Positions 37,535 through 47,851 of a DNA stretch of 64,000 bases are shown piece after piece. This stretch comes from a bacterium (GTDB lineage: Bacteria > Zixibacteria > MSB-5A5 > GN15 > FEB-12): NCBI GenBank assembly GCA_043811375.1, contig JBDRNJ010000072.1, positions 32,001 through 96,000 of the forward strand, read 5' to 3'. Every line of letters begins with the position of its first letter. The first letter of the stretch is position 1. Position numbers and translations under genes: made by a program. The notes beneath the pieces were generated by a model that did not search any database, was not told where the DNA came from, and saw only the letters and a program-made list of their open reading frames with translations.

Positions 37535-39955
37535 TCAGAAACCGCCACCCATCGTGATAGAAAAATGCTCCGTATCGTAAGCCGATGATTGCCAGGTGAA
37601 GTACAGCTTGAAATCGAGCGGTGTTATCCGGCCGAATCCGAACCCCAGTTCAGTGTACGGTGTGCGGGCACGGCGGACATGGCTGTCAGACGGCTGCGGC
37701 CACAGGCCATGAAAGTCAGTCCAGAAAGCTCCGCCAAAGATTCTGACAGTAAATGGAAACTTCTCCAGCAGTGGCAGGCCACTCTTGCGAAAGAGGATGC
37801 GCCTGAAGTCATGAACACCATACAGCACCAGGGCACGGCTGCCGTAGAAGTTCTTTTCTCCCAGTGTCTTGAACGAGATAGCCCGGTCCAGCAGGCGTGC
37901 CCCAAAATCAACGGTGAAATACTTCTGCGGCGGCAGGGACTTGTCCGAGGCGCCGGCATAGACAAACAACGAAGTCACACCCAGTCCGAAAGTCCGGCGG
38001 CGGTGGTGCAGCCGGGCATAGTAGCGGACGAAATCAAAATCATTGTCATAGAAGTAAGCCGATGACAATTCAGCACCTACCGAGATGAGCGTATACTGGG
38101 AAACCCCGAACTTTCTCTCGCGACCCTTGTACTTCCACAACTTGCGCGAATCATAGGAGAAACTCGCTGCAACAGATCGCATTTTCCCTTCCCGAATCGC
38201 CGGGTTCGGGCGGTGCTTCTTGGTTCGGCGAAACATGCCGTATTCGGTGGCGTTGGACAGGCTGTACTGGTTGACATCGTGGTAGGCGGCTTGAAGTCTG
38301 GTTTGCTTGAATACTCGCGTGGACATTCGGAGCTGAAAACCTTTTTCCAGGTGGTAATCAAAGGGGTCGGTTTTATTGGTGATGGCCGTCAGGGTGACGT
38401 TATCCCCGGTATCGGATATAATGGTGGAACGTCGGCGCATTTCGTCATGGTATCCGCCCCCCAACCGCAGATTCATCTGTTCCGAAAGAGCATAGTCAAA
38501 CCCGTAGCGATGTTGCCAGCGCTTGGCAGAGAAGGCATATCCTGTCCTGGCGTGGAGTTCCGTCCGGGGAACCAGGCGGTCGAACGTGAAACTGTTACCT
38601 AAGTAAGTACCCTCGACCCGGTTGAAGTGGAAAATGTCGGACCTGAAAAGGGCGATACCCAGTCCGCCTACTGCCGTGCGCAGCAGACGGCGTGGCAGCG
38701 AGCGGGGCGCCTGGGCGACGGAGTCGAGTCGGTAATAACCTCTGTTTTCTTCGGGAGTCAGCGGTATCAATTGTCCGGCGTTCCAGGCTATCGAGTCAAC
38801 GTCGTCGGCGTCCTCGGCTACTTCAATCCAGTACTCATCAAACGTCCCATTGGGATGAGTCAGGTTGAACGAGAAATCATGAAGGGCGGCAACGTAGTCA
38901 AGGGACATGATGGGAATGCCCGGCAGACCTATCTCCACCAGGCCGTCATAGCGGATTTCTATCGGCACCCAGTATTCGTTCTCAAAGCAGGCATAATTCT
39001 CCCGGTAACGCACGTCCCGCAGATATGGCACGTCAAAGCCCTCGTTGACCCCGACATCGACTCCAACCACAACAAAGGTGGAATCGACAATGTCGATAGT
39101 GCCGACGAACAAAGGTTCGCTGGAGGATTTTGGCTCAATTTCCAGTCGAAAGACCTGCCAGTTGTCGATGTAGACGGTGTCCAGCAGGTAGTACTGATAG
39201 TGATCCAGGGCATCGTGCGCGGTCGGCGACACGACTGAATAGTCGGCAATGTCCAGTCGATCCTGGTTAAAATTGGTCAGCTCGCCGAGGGCCATCAGTA
39301 CGTTATCCTCGTTCAGATTGGACGAAATCCGGCGCGCTCTTACAATCTCCTTGTACTTGTGCGGGTACTCCCAACTTGAGGACAACTGGCTTTCGATAAT
39401 GAGCATGATGTTGCTGGAGTCGTCTTTGGCGGTGTCGCGCAAGACAAGTTTGCTGTAGGCCTCGAACTGGTAGGCGTGTATCATGGAGAGTATCTCGTCC
39501 TTGCGTGCGATTGCCTCGACGATTATCCGCTGCGCCGGATCATAAGCCCGCTGATAGACCTTTATCCCCGGCAGCATGACGGGAGCCGGCTGCAGGCGGA
39601 CGTCGGCGGTCAGCGCCGAGTCACCAACGGTCAGCGTCAGCCGCTGTGAGTAGTAGGCAACGTGAGTGAATTTCAACTCATAGACGCCGGACGGCAGTGT
39701 CAGTCGATACTGACCGTCGTTGTTGGCCAGCATGGAGCGCCCGGTTCCCTCAACCCGCACCGTCACCGACGGCACCGGTTGGCTGGTTTTCTCGTCGTAG
39801 GCTGTTCCCGTGATAACGGCCGCGTTTACCCCGGCCGAGCAGAAAAACAGTACCGTCAGTGCGATAACAAGCACCAGCAACCAGGAACTGCTCGCCGAAC
39901 TAGATTGCCTGTTCAACATTGTCATAAGCATAACCTTACGATAGACCATATTCAT
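37535..39955 (-). CDS. Carboxypeptidase-regulatory-like + DUF5686 outer-membrane protein
   Basis: N-term 'ITG..D..T..P.....V.V.GT.....N.DG.Y.L'; 'VSP....A..Y.Y.L'; 'FNRVEG'; terminal Phe; start uncertain. Confidence 0.75.
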   Translation of the reverse strand: MNMVYRKVMLMTMLNRQSSSASSSWLLVLVIALTVLFFCSAGVNAAVITGTAYDEKTSQPVPSVTVRVEGTGRSMLANNDGQYRLTLPSGVYELKFTHVAYYSQRLTLTVGDSALTADVRLQPAPVMLPGIKVYQRAYDPAQRIIVEAIARKDEILSMIHAYQFEAYSKLVLRDTAKDDSSNIMLIIESQLSSSWEYPHKYKEIVRARRISSNLNEDNVLMALGELTNFNQDRLDIADYSVVSPTAHDALDHYQYYLLDTVYIDNWQVFRLEIEPKSSSEPLFVGTIDIVDSTFVVVGVDVGVNEGFDVPYLRDVRYRENYACFENEYWVPIEIRYDGLVEIGLPGIPIMSLDYVAALHDFSFNLTHPNGTFDEYWIEVAEDADDVDSIAWNAGQLIPLTPEENRGYYRLDSVAQAPRSLPRRLLRTAVGGLGIALFRSDIFHFNRVEGTYLGNSFTFDRLVPRTELHARTGYAFSAKRWQHRYGFDYALSEQMNLRLGGGYHDEMRRRSTIISDTGDNVTLTAITNKTDPFDYHLEKGFQLRMSTRVFKQTRLQAAYHDVNQYSLSNATEYGMFRRTKKHRPNPAIREGKMRSVAASFSYDSRKLWKYKGRERKFGVSQYTLISVGAELSSAYFYDNDFDFVRYYARLHHRRRTFGLGVTSLFVYAGASDKSLPPQKYFTVDFGARLLDRAISFKTLGEKNFYGSRALVLYGVHDFRRILFRKSGLPLLEKFPFTVRIFGGAFWTDFHGLWPQPSDSHVRRARTPYTELGFGFGRITPLDFKLYFTWQSSAYDTEHFSITMGGGF

Positions 39956-40130
39956 ATGTTATGGCAAAGTCAATCCCCAGGTTGAAATGCCGGTCAACCC
40001 TTTCCGAATTTCGTTGTCACCGCAACCGAGCGGCCAATGTCTAACCACTTGAACTCGCCGGCTGATACCGTATATTGTTTAAAGTGGAAAAGAGCGCCGT
40101 CATGCCGTCGTCCCGACAGGTAGTCTGCTG

Positions 40131-40916
40131 ATGCCAAAGGCAGCCCAACATAAGACTAATCGGGATATGGACAAACCATCCGAGGACGACCTTCACCAGT
40201 CGCCATCGCGGGAGTCGGTCGGAGCCATGTTTGACCGTATTGCCCCCCGCTACGACTTTCTGAACCGACTGCTGTCGCTAAGGCGAGACGTCGCCTGGCG
40301 CCGACGTGTAGCCGACTTCCTGCCCGAACATTCCGGACAGTCGGTATTGGACATAGCCACCGGCACGGGAGACCTGCTGCTCTCGCTGTTTGATTCCAGC
40401 GACCGGATCAGTGCCGCCATAGGAGTCGACCTGGCTCCCACGATGCTGGAACTGGGGCGCCGGAAGGTAGCTGAGCATCAACTGGACGACAGGGTCCTGC
40501 TGGTGCGGGCCGATGCCCTCCGGTTGCCTTTTGCCGACCGGAGCTTTGATGCCGTCACCATTGCTTTCGGCATCAGGAATATGACCGATGTTCCGCAGGC
40601 ACTGACCGAGATGCATCGCGTCCTGAAACCGGGCGGCAAGGTGCTGATCCTGGAGTTTTCCATGCCTGTCAACCCGCTCGTACGCCGCCTCTACCCGCTT
40701 CATCTGCGCGGGCTGCTGCCACTGGTGGGAGCCATGATCTCCGGCGACAGCTACGCCTACCGGTATCTGAATCGGACAGTCGAGACTTTCCCGTATGGGG
40801 AGCGGTTTTGCACTCTGATGCGAGAGGCCGGTTTCACGCAGGTAGCGGCCGTATCGCTGACTTTCGGTATCGCCACTATCTACCACGGCTGCAAACCGCG
40901 TGAGGACGGAGAATGA
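40131..40916 (+). CDS. menG: Demethylmenaquinone methyltransferase
   Basis: MFD.IAPRYD.LN, LDIATGTGD, FGIRN, AY.YL; heads men operon (UbiE/MenG family). Confidence 0.93.
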   Translation: MPKAAQHKTNRDMDKPSEDDLHQSPSRESVGAMFDRIAPRYDFLNRLLSLRRDVAWRRRVADFLPEHSGQSVLDIATGTGDLLLSLFDSSDRISAAIGVDLAPTMLELGRRKVAEHQLDDRVLLVRADALRLPFADRSFDAVTIAFGIRNMTDVPQALTEMHRVLKPGGKVLILEFSMPVNPLVRRLYPLHLRGLLPLVGAMISGDSYAYRYLNRTVETFPYGERFCTLMREAGFTQVAAVSLTFGIATIYHGCKPREDGE

Positions 40917-42328
40917 CCACCATCCTCACAGACGATACCGTGCTTAACCTCGATCAGGCGCGGGACCTGATGGCTGCCCGCATCAGGGAAGCCTATTCAT
41001 CTTCGTCACCGACCGGAACCGGTCCTGATTTCACCAGGCTGGAAGTCGCGGTGGCGGTAATCGACCCTCTGATCTGGCTCCAATCGCAACAGTCTCCGGT
41101 CAAGACCTATTGGTACAGCAGAGACGGGGAGTTTGAAATGGCCGGTATCGGCAGCGCTGATATTGTGACAGGCGGTGCCGACGACGACTGGTCGCGTGTG
41201 CTGACACGATTGAACGCCCGGCTGACTGAAAGCGACAATAAACTGCGTTATTTCGGCGGCCGTCGGTTCGATGGAGACGACTGCCCGGCCGACAGCCCCT
41301 GGGTCGGTTTTGGCAGCTATCGCTTTATTCTGCCGCAAGTGGAACTTCTGCGTCGATCCGACAAAACAGTGCTGGCATGTAATCTGGCACCATTAGAAAA
41401 CGACTTCGCCGCCAACGGGCTGTTGGAAGAACTGCGCGTTATGGTCCCGCCGGTAGTGATTCCTGACGGAATCCTTCCGGAAGTGCTGCACCGATCCGAT
41501 TGCCCTTCCCGACAGGAGTGGCTGGCCAGGGTCAGGTCTGTTTGCGAGTCATTCGGCAGTACCGAAATGCAAAAACTGGTGCTGGCCCGGCAGACATCGC
41601 TGGTTCTGTCCGATCCGCCCGACCCGACGGGATTACTGCGACGGCTGGCATCGACCGGCTCCGGTTGTTTTCGTTTTTGCTTTCAGATAGAACAGCATTC
41701 CGCCCTGATAGGCGCTTCTCCGGAATTACTCTATCGGCGTCAGGAGCAGCGGGTCCGCAGTGAAGCCATGGCCGGCACCCGACCTCGGGGCAATTCGTTA
41801 AACGAAGATCGGGCGCTTGAGCGACAACTACTCACATCGCCCAAAGAACTCGCCGAACAGCAGTTTGTCGCAGGCCACGTCAGGGAGACGCTTCAGCAAT
41901 TAGCTGCTGAAGATGTACGCGAACACGGTCCGGAAGTACTTAAACTGTCAACGGTGCAACATTTGGTAACACGGTTTGAAAGTAGCCTGGCGGCCGGCAT
42001 TACCGACGATGATCTCCTCTCCGCCCTGCCGCCGACTCCCGCCGTGGGAGGCTGGCCAATCGAACCCGCCCTGAAGGAGATCAGTCGATTTGAACTGTTT
42101 GACCGGGGTTGGTATGCCGGACCGGTCGGCTGGATCAGCGACCGGGAATCCGAGTTCGCGGTAGCTATACGCTCCGGCCTGGTGGCGGGCGAAAAGATTC
42201 ACCTGTACACCGGAGCCGGAATTGTCCCCGGCTCCACTCCGGAAAGCGAATGGCAGGAACTTCAAAGCAAACTGGCCGGTTTCACCGGGATTTGGACAGA
42301 GGTATGTTCACCAGGTTTGTCAGTCTGA
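40913..42328 (+). CDS. menF: Isochorismate synthase
   Basis: KLVLAR, GASPELL, AMAGT, PTPAVGG, RGWYAGPVG, GAGIV.GS. Confidence 0.92.
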   Translation: MTTILTDDTVLNLDQARDLMAARIREAYSSSSPTGTGPDFTRLEVAVAVIDPLIWLQSQQSPVKTYWYSRDGEFEMAGIGSADIVTGGADDDWSRVLTRLNARLTESDNKLRYFGGRRFDGDDCPADSPWVGFGSYRFILPQVELLRRSDKTVLACNLAPLENDFAANGLLEELRVMVPPVVIPDGILPEVLHRSDCPSRQEWLARVRSVCESFGSTEMQKLVLARQTSLVLSDPPDPTGLLRRLASTGSGCFRFCFQIEQHSALIGASPELLYRRQEQRVRSEAMAGTRPRGNSLNEDRALERQLLTSPKELAEQQFVAGHVRETLQQLAAEDVREHGPEVLKLSTVQHLVTRFESSLAAGITDDDLLSALPPTPAVGGWPIEPALKEISRFELFDRGWYAGPVGWISDRESEFAVAIRSGLVAGEKIHLYTGAGIVPGSTPESEWQELQSKLAGFTGIWTEVCSPGLSV

Positions 42329-44067
42329 ATGAGCTGTGGGCAAAACTTATCGTTGAGGAACTAATCCGCAACGGGGTTTCGTTTTTTGTCCTGTCACCCG
42401 GCTCTCGTAGTTCACCGTTGACGGCAGCGGTGGCCGCTCACAACGATGCCGCCAGTGTCGTCCACTATGACGAGAGAGGAGCCGCATTTCACGGTCTCGG
42501 CTATGCCCGCGCCACCAGGCTACCGACTGCGCTGATCTGCACGTCGGGCACAGCCGCCGCCAATTTCATGCCGGCAGTCGTCGAGGCAGAGATGGACATG
42601 GTGCCGCTGATACTCCTCACTGCCGACCGACCGCCGGAACTGCGCCACACCGGAGCCAACCAGACTATCGATCAGGTGCACCTGTACGGACGCTATGCCC
42701 GCTGGTTCTGCGACCTGCCCTGCCCCGACCTCGACATCGTCCCGGAATTTGTTTTGACGACTATTGATCAAGCTGTCCATTACGCGCGACGCACTCCCGC
42801 CGGGCCGGTTCATATCAATTGCATGTTCCGTGAACCGCTGGTTCCGGTCGGAGAAAAATCTGACTTCAGTAACTACCTGACACCTGTCGCACGCTGGACT
42901 CAGGACTCGGAGCCGTTCACACAGTATGTGGCCACTGAAACAGTCACAGACAAGGAATCCATACTCCAGGTCGCCAAGGCGATCAACAGTGTTGAACGTG
43001 GATTACTGGTGGTGGGACAACTCCACCGTCGTGAAAACCGGCAGGCAGTGGCAGACCTGGCTCAGCAGATCAAATGGCCGGTACTGCCCGACATCGCTTC
43101 CGGCCTGAGACTGTCCGCCGACAACCAGAACGTGATGGCTTACTATGACCAATTGCTACTCTCGGACACGTTCACAGCCGTAAATCGGCCGCAGGCCGTG
43201 CTGCACTTCGGTGGTGTGCCGACATCAAAACGCCTGCAACAGTTCCTCAAAGCATGTCAACCGGAGATATACATACATGTCGCCAACCATCCCCGGCGAC
43301 ACGACCCCGACCACCGGATCACCATGCGCATCGAAAGCAGCATCGCTGCCTTCTGCCGAAAACTCGGCGGCCGCCTGAATCCCGGTGCCGGTTCGGAGTG
43401 GCTGGAAAAGTGGGTCGCCGGTTCACGATGCGTCGAACAGGTACTGGAGACGAGGCTCGATGCCGTCAGCGAGTTGAGCGAACCGGGTATAGCTCGACTG
43501 GTATCCAAATACATATTGCCGGGATCAGGTCTGTTTGTCGCAAGCAGTATGCCTATTCGTGATCTGGACATGTATGCCGACCCTTCCGGCCCGGAGGTGA
43601 CGGTCGGCTGCAACCGTGGCGCCAGCGGTATCGACGGCACAATCGCCTCAGCAATCGGGTTCGCGCGCGGCCTCAATAGACCAACCACCCTCCTTATCGG
43701 AGACCTGGCTTTCCTTCATGATCTTAACTCCCTGGCGCTGATCAAGTCGCTGCGCCATTCATTCACAATAGTGGTGCTGAATAACGATGGCGGTGGTATC
43801 TTTTCGTTTCTGCCGACCGCCAAACTGAAAGAACATTTTGAGCCGTTCTTCGGTACCCCGCACGGTCTCGATTTCAAACCGGCGGCGCAGATGTTCGGCT
43901 GTGACCACGGTTGTCCGAACAGTTGTGAATCGTTCGTGGAGGCGTACGAATCCGCCCAACAGAAGGACGGCGTAACCATAATTGAAGTCAGCAGCAACCG
44001 CGAGAAAAACCGGCGTTTCCACCAGGACATACAGTCTGAACTTGCCGGCTCGTTGAATAAACCGTAA
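42304..44067 (+). CDS. menD: SEPHCHC synthase
   Basis: SPGSRSSPL, DERGA, CTSGTA, TADRP, NRGASGIDG, GDLAFLHD; start at ATG 42304 after GAGG. Confidence 0.96.
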   Translation: MFTRFVSLNELWAKLIVEELIRNGVSFFVLSPGSRSSPLTAAVAAHNDAASVVHYDERGAAFHGLGYARATRLPTALICTSGTAAANFMPAVVEAEMDMVPLILLTADRPPELRHTGANQTIDQVHLYGRYARWFCDLPCPDLDIVPEFVLTTIDQAVHYARRTPAGPVHINCMFREPLVPVGEKSDFSNYLTPVARWTQDSEPFTQYVATETVTDKESILQVAKAINSVERGLLVVGQLHRRENRQAVADLAQQIKWPVLPDIASGLRLSADNQNVMAYYDQLLLSDTFTAVNRPQAVLHFGGVPTSKRLQQFLKACQPEIYIHVANHPRRHDPDHRITMRIESSIAAFCRKLGGRLNPGAGSEWLEKWVAGSRCVEQVLETRLDAVSELSEPGIARLVSKYILPGSGLFVASSMPIRDLDMYADPSGPEVTVGCNRGASGIDGTIASAIGFARGLNRPTTLLIGDLAFLHDLNSLALIKSLRHSFTIVVLNNDGGGIFSFLPTAKLKEHFEPFFGTPHGLDFKPAAQMFGCDHGCPNSCESFVEAYESAQQKDGVTIIEVSSNREKNRRFHQDIQSELAGSLNKP

Positions 44068-44073
44068 ACGGAC

Positions 44074-44895
44074 ATGAAAACCACTTACAGTTTCAACCAT
44101 CGAGAATGGGGTGACAGATCGAAGCCACCCGTACTTTTCCTGCATGGCTTTCTCGGCTGCACCGACGATTGGAGTGACATTGCCACCCATATTGCCGCTG
44201 ACTACCGTTCTGTCGCCGTTGATCTGCCCGGTCACGGCCGCACAAAAGTGGACGGGTACGACGAAAATTACAGGATGGAGAACGTTGCCACCGGGGTTGT
44301 CCGCTTTATGGACAGTCATGACATAAATAAATGCGACCTGGTCGCCTACTCGATGGGCGGTCGGGTGGGCTTGTATCTGGCAGTTGAGTATCCACAGCGG
44401 TTCGGCAGGATAATCCTCGAATCGGCGTCCCCCGGACTGATTACCGAAAAGGAACGCCGGGAACGTCGGGAGCACGACAGGGAGTTGGCTCGACAACTGG
44501 AGAAAAACCCGCTGGAGCAATTTCTGATACAGTGGTACGAGCAACCCTTGTTTGCATCGCTGAAACGCGACCGGGATCGTTTCTCCGGTTGGCTGTCCCG
44601 GCGACTGGAATATACCGAAGATAACCCGGCCACACGGAAGGGACTGGCCACGTCGCTGCGCATGATGGGGACCGGTTCGCAGCCTTCGTTATGGTCACGG
44701 CTGTCAGAATTGCCGTCCTGCCTGTTGATCGTCGGCCAATTGGATGCTAAGTTCCGTCAGATAGCTAACGACATGGCCGCGACAGCCGACCAGTTGTCCG
44801 TCAGGGTCGTTGAAAATACCGGGCACAATGTCCATTGGGAGAAACCCAGGGACTACGCTCGGATTGTAATGGAGTTTCTGTCCACAGACAGGTGA
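44074..44895 (+). CDS. menH: SHCHC synthase (alpha/beta hydrolase)
   Basis: LHGFLG, DLPGHG, YSMGGR, ESASPG, D.KF, GHNVH. Confidence 0.93.
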   Translation: MKTTYSFNHREWGDRSKPPVLFLHGFLGCTDDWSDIATHIAADYRSVAVDLPGHGRTKVDGYDENYRMENVATGVVRFMDSHDINKCDLVAYSMGGRVGLYLAVEYPQRFGRIILESASPGLITEKERRERREHDRELARQLEKNPLEQFLIQWYEQPLFASLKRDRDRFSGWLSRRLEYTEDNPATRKGLATSLRMMGTGSQPSLWSRLSELPSCLLIVGQLDAKFRQIANDMAATADQLSVRVVENTGHNVHWEKPRDYARIVMEFLSTDR

Positions 44896-44903
44896 GGTAA
44901 AAG

Positions 44904-45725
44904 ATGGCTGAAATCGAGTGGGTCGCCGGCGGCCGGTATACCGACATAAAATATCACAAGGCGGATGGTATCGCCAAGATAACAATCAACCGTCCGGAGG
45001 TCCGCAACGCCTTCCGCCCGCTGACGGTAAACGAAATGTCTCAGGCACTGGCTGACGCCCGCGAAGACCCGCAGGTGGGAGTTATTATACTCACCGGCGA
45101 GGGTGACGATGCCTTCTGCTCGGGAGGCGACCAGCGAATCCGCGGTGACTCCGGGTACACCGACGATGACGGTATTGACCGTCTCAACGTTCTTGATTTT
45201 CAGCGCCAGATGCGCACCTGCCCGAAACCGATCATCGCCATGGTGGCCGGCTACGCTATCGGCGGCGGGCATGTGCTGCACCTGCTGTGTGATCTGACAA
45301 TCGCCGCCGACAATGCCATTTTCGGCCAGACCGGCCCCAAAGTCGGGTCATTTGACGGCGGCTACGGCGCCGGTTACCTGGCCCGAATCGTGGGACAGAA
45401 GAAAGCGCGGGAAATATGGTTTCTCTGCCGCCCGTACACGGCCGCCCAGGCACAGCAGATGGGACTGGTCAATGCAGTAGTTCCCCTGAAAGAGCTGGAG
45501 ACAGAAACAATCAAATGGTGCCGGGAAATTCTGGCCAACTCGCCGCTAGCGATCCGTTGCCTGAAAGCGGCGCTCAACGCCGACTGCGACGGACAGGCCG
45601 GTCTGCAGGAACTGGCCGGCAACGCCACTATGCTCTATTACATGAGTGACGAAGCCAGGGAGGGACGTGACGCCTATGTGGAAAAACGGAAACCCGATTT
45701 CTCGAAGTTCCCGCGCCAACCATAA
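44904..45725 (+). CDS. menB: 1,4-dihydroxy-2-naphthoyl-CoA synthase
   Basis: [34 protein letters not shown]. Confidence 0.97.
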   Translation: MAEIEWVAGGRYTDIKYHKADGIAKITINRPEVRNAFRPLTVNEMSQALADAREDPQVGVIILTGEGDDAFCSGGDQRIRGDSGYTDDDGIDRLNVLDFQRQMRTCPKPIIAMVAGYAIGGGHVLHLLCDLTIAADNAIFGQTGPKVGSFDGGYGAGYLARIVGQKKAREIWFLCRPYTAAQAQQMGLVNAVVPLKELETETIKWCREILANSPLAIRCLKAALNADCDGQAGLQELAGNATMLYYMSDEAREGRDAYVEKRKPDFSKFPRQP

Positions 45726-45825
45726 GCAACCAGGTGACAAGCGGCAAAGTGACAAGTCACCTTTACGGCACAATCGCAAGTATGTATCAAAACGATGACG
45801 TTTGAAAGTGATGAAAAACAGACCG

Positions 45826-45851
45826 GTAGGTCGGAACCCCTGTGGTTCCGA
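45826..45851 (+). repeat. GTAG-type REP-like palindrome
   Basis: GTAG-GTCGGAACC-cctgt-GGTTCCGAC hairpin between menB and menA. Confidence 0.55.
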
Positions 45852-45872
45852 CAAATGCTTTAAATCGATCCA

Positions 45873-46757
45873 ATGAATCCTGCGTCACTCACCATATGGA
45901 TAATGGCCGCCCGGCCCAAAACGCTTCCGGCGGCGGCAGCGCCGGTGCTGATCGGGACGGCAATGGCATTCGAAAGCGGTGGCGCACACTGGCCGGCAGC
46001 ATTGGTAGCTCTGTTAGGAGCGTTGTTGATCCAGATCGGGACCAATCTGGCCAATGACTATTTTGATTTCCGGAAAGGCGTCGATCAACACGACCGCCTC
46101 GGCCCCACCCGGGTCACCCAGGCCGGGCTGGTGACGCCGAAAGCTATGAAGGCTGCCATCGTGGTCGTCTTCAGTCTGGCGATCCTGGCCGGATGCTACC
46201 TGGTCTGGCGCGGCGGCTGGCCGCTTGTGGTCATCGGCCTATCGTCCATCCTGTTCGGAATCATGTATACGGGTGGACCGTTCCCGCTCGGTTATCACGG
46301 TCTGGGTGACATCTTCGTGCTGATCTTTTTCGGACCGGTCGCCGTTGGGGGCACCTACTATGTACAGGCGCTTGATATCAACTGGACAGTCGCGCTGGTA
46401 GGTTTGTCACCGGGATTGTTTTCAGTAGCCATACTGACCGTCAACAACCTGCGCGATATCGAATCCGACCGAGCCACCGGCAAGAAAACACTTGCCGTCC
46501 GATGGGGCCGGACTTTCGCACACACGGAGTACCTGTCGTGCCTGCTGCTGGCCGTCGCCATACCGATCGCCATTTGTTTGAAAACACAACTGCATCTTGA
46601 AGTACTGGCCACCGCACTGGTCATTCCGGCAGCTATACCGGCGATCAGGACAGTCTTCGGCAACCAGGACGGTGATGCGCTCAACAAGGTACTGGCTGCC
46701 ACCGGCAGGCTGTTGCTTCTGTTCACTCTGATATTCTCAGTGGCGTGGCTGCTATGA
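45873..46757 (+). CDS. menA: DHNA polyprenyltransferase
   Basis: ARPKTL, NLANDYFD..KG.D, NNLRD...D...GK.TLAV. Confidence 0.96.
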   Translation: MNPASLTIWIMAARPKTLPAAAAPVLIGTAMAFESGGAHWPAALVALLGALLIQIGTNLANDYFDFRKGVDQHDRLGPTRVTQAGLVTPKAMKAAIVVVFSLAILAGCYLVWRGGWPLVVIGLSSILFGIMYTGGPFPLGYHGLGDIFVLIFFGPVAVGGTYYVQALDINWTVALVGLSPGLFSVAILTVNNLRDIESDRATGKKTLAVRWGRTFAHTEYLSCLLLAVAIPIAICLKTQLHLEVLATALVIPAAIPAIRTVFGNQDGDALNKVLAATGRLLLLFTLIFSVAWLL

Positions 46758-47851
46758 AAATCACCAACTCCCGCCTGCTTAAGTACCGACTGAATTGCCT
46801 TCGTCCGCTCCCCGCCGGTAAAGAGCGGCTGTCCGAGCGAATCGGACTGATAGTCGTCCTGACCGACGAGAACGGCAAATCCGGCCTGGGCGAGGCGGCC
46901 CCGCTGCCGGGATTCAGCAGTGAGACGATCACAACCGTACAAGCACAACTATCCGCACTGTGTCAATCGCTGAAAGGAACTGAAATCCCGCCGGATATTG
47001 AGAGGTTGTCGGACGGTTTCGAACGATGGCTACATGAGTATGATCCGGCACCTTCGGCCCGGTTCGCTATCGAGACGGCTGTTTTGAACCTGGTGGCGGC
47101 CGGGCGCGGGCTGCCGTTGCGGCGACTGTTTTCAGATAACGCGCTCGACAGTGTATCCATCTGCGGTCTGCTGGCCGGCTCACGCAGTGACATCCTGAAA
47201 AAAGCCGCCCTGCTCAAAGACGAAGGCTACCGAGCGATGAAACTGAAAGTGGGGCACCGGTCGCTTGAGGAAGACATCAAGCTGACTCACGATGTCCGAA
47301 AGGCTATCGGCGACGATGTGGCGTTCAGACTGGATGCCAACCGGGCCTGGTCGGTTGAGGAAGTTCTTGTTTTCGCCCGTGAAGTCAGAGACTGCCGGAT
47401 AGCATATATCGAAGAGCCTGTCTATCGTCATGAGTTGACGAATTCGATTATTAATAAAACAAACTTGTTTGTGGGGTTGGATGAGAGTTTGCGGGAGTTG
47501 ACGCCTGAATCTCTCAAAGACATGACGTGGGTGCGGGCGATTGTTCTCAAACCGACGTTGCTGGGGTTGTGGCGGTGTATGCAATTCGCACGCGTCGCTG
47601 TCTCGATGGGGATTGTCAGTGTCGTCAGTTCGTCATTTGAATCCGGTGTTGGTTTGATGGCGCTGGCTGAACTGGCTGCCTGTCTTAACAGCGATGACAC
47701 CCCGGCCGGGCTGGATACTCTCGACCGGTTCGAACACGATCTACTGGTAAACCCTCTCGACATCACCGGAGGCCGACTACTTCTTCCAGGCAGAGTGCTC
47801 CACCCGGATGATCTTCGTCATGATTTGCTCCAGGAAATCCGCTGTGCCTGA
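46754..47851 (+). CDS. menC: o-succinylbenzoate synthase
   Basis: GEAAPLPGFS.ET, KLKVG, RLDAN..W, YIEEP, LDESL, LKPTL.G, SSSFES. Confidence 0.92.
   Translation: MKITNSRLLKYRLNCLRPLPAGKERLSERIGLIVVLTDENGKSGLGEAAPLPGFSSETITTVQAQLSALCQSLKGTEIPPDIERLSDGFERWLHEYDPAPSARFAIETAVLNLVAAGRGLPLRRLFSDNALDSVSICGLLAGSRSDILKKAALLKDEGYRAMKLKVGHRSLEEDIKLTHDVRKAIGDDVAFRLDANRAWSVEEVLVFAREVRDCRIAYIEEPVYRHELTNSIINKTNLFVGLDESLRELTPESLKDMTWVRAIVLKPTLLGLWRCMQFARVAVSMGIVSVVSSSFESGVGLMALAELAACLNSDDTPAGLDTLDRFEHDLLVNPLDITGGRLLLPGRVLHPDDLRHDLLQEIRCA

Noticed and set aside
42109..42303. Extended N-termini in the ORF track (menD; likewise rsbW, lon, flgF, fliF)
   Set aside because: They overlap upstream genes or lack an RBS; downstream ATGs with an RBS or family-typical N-termini fit better.
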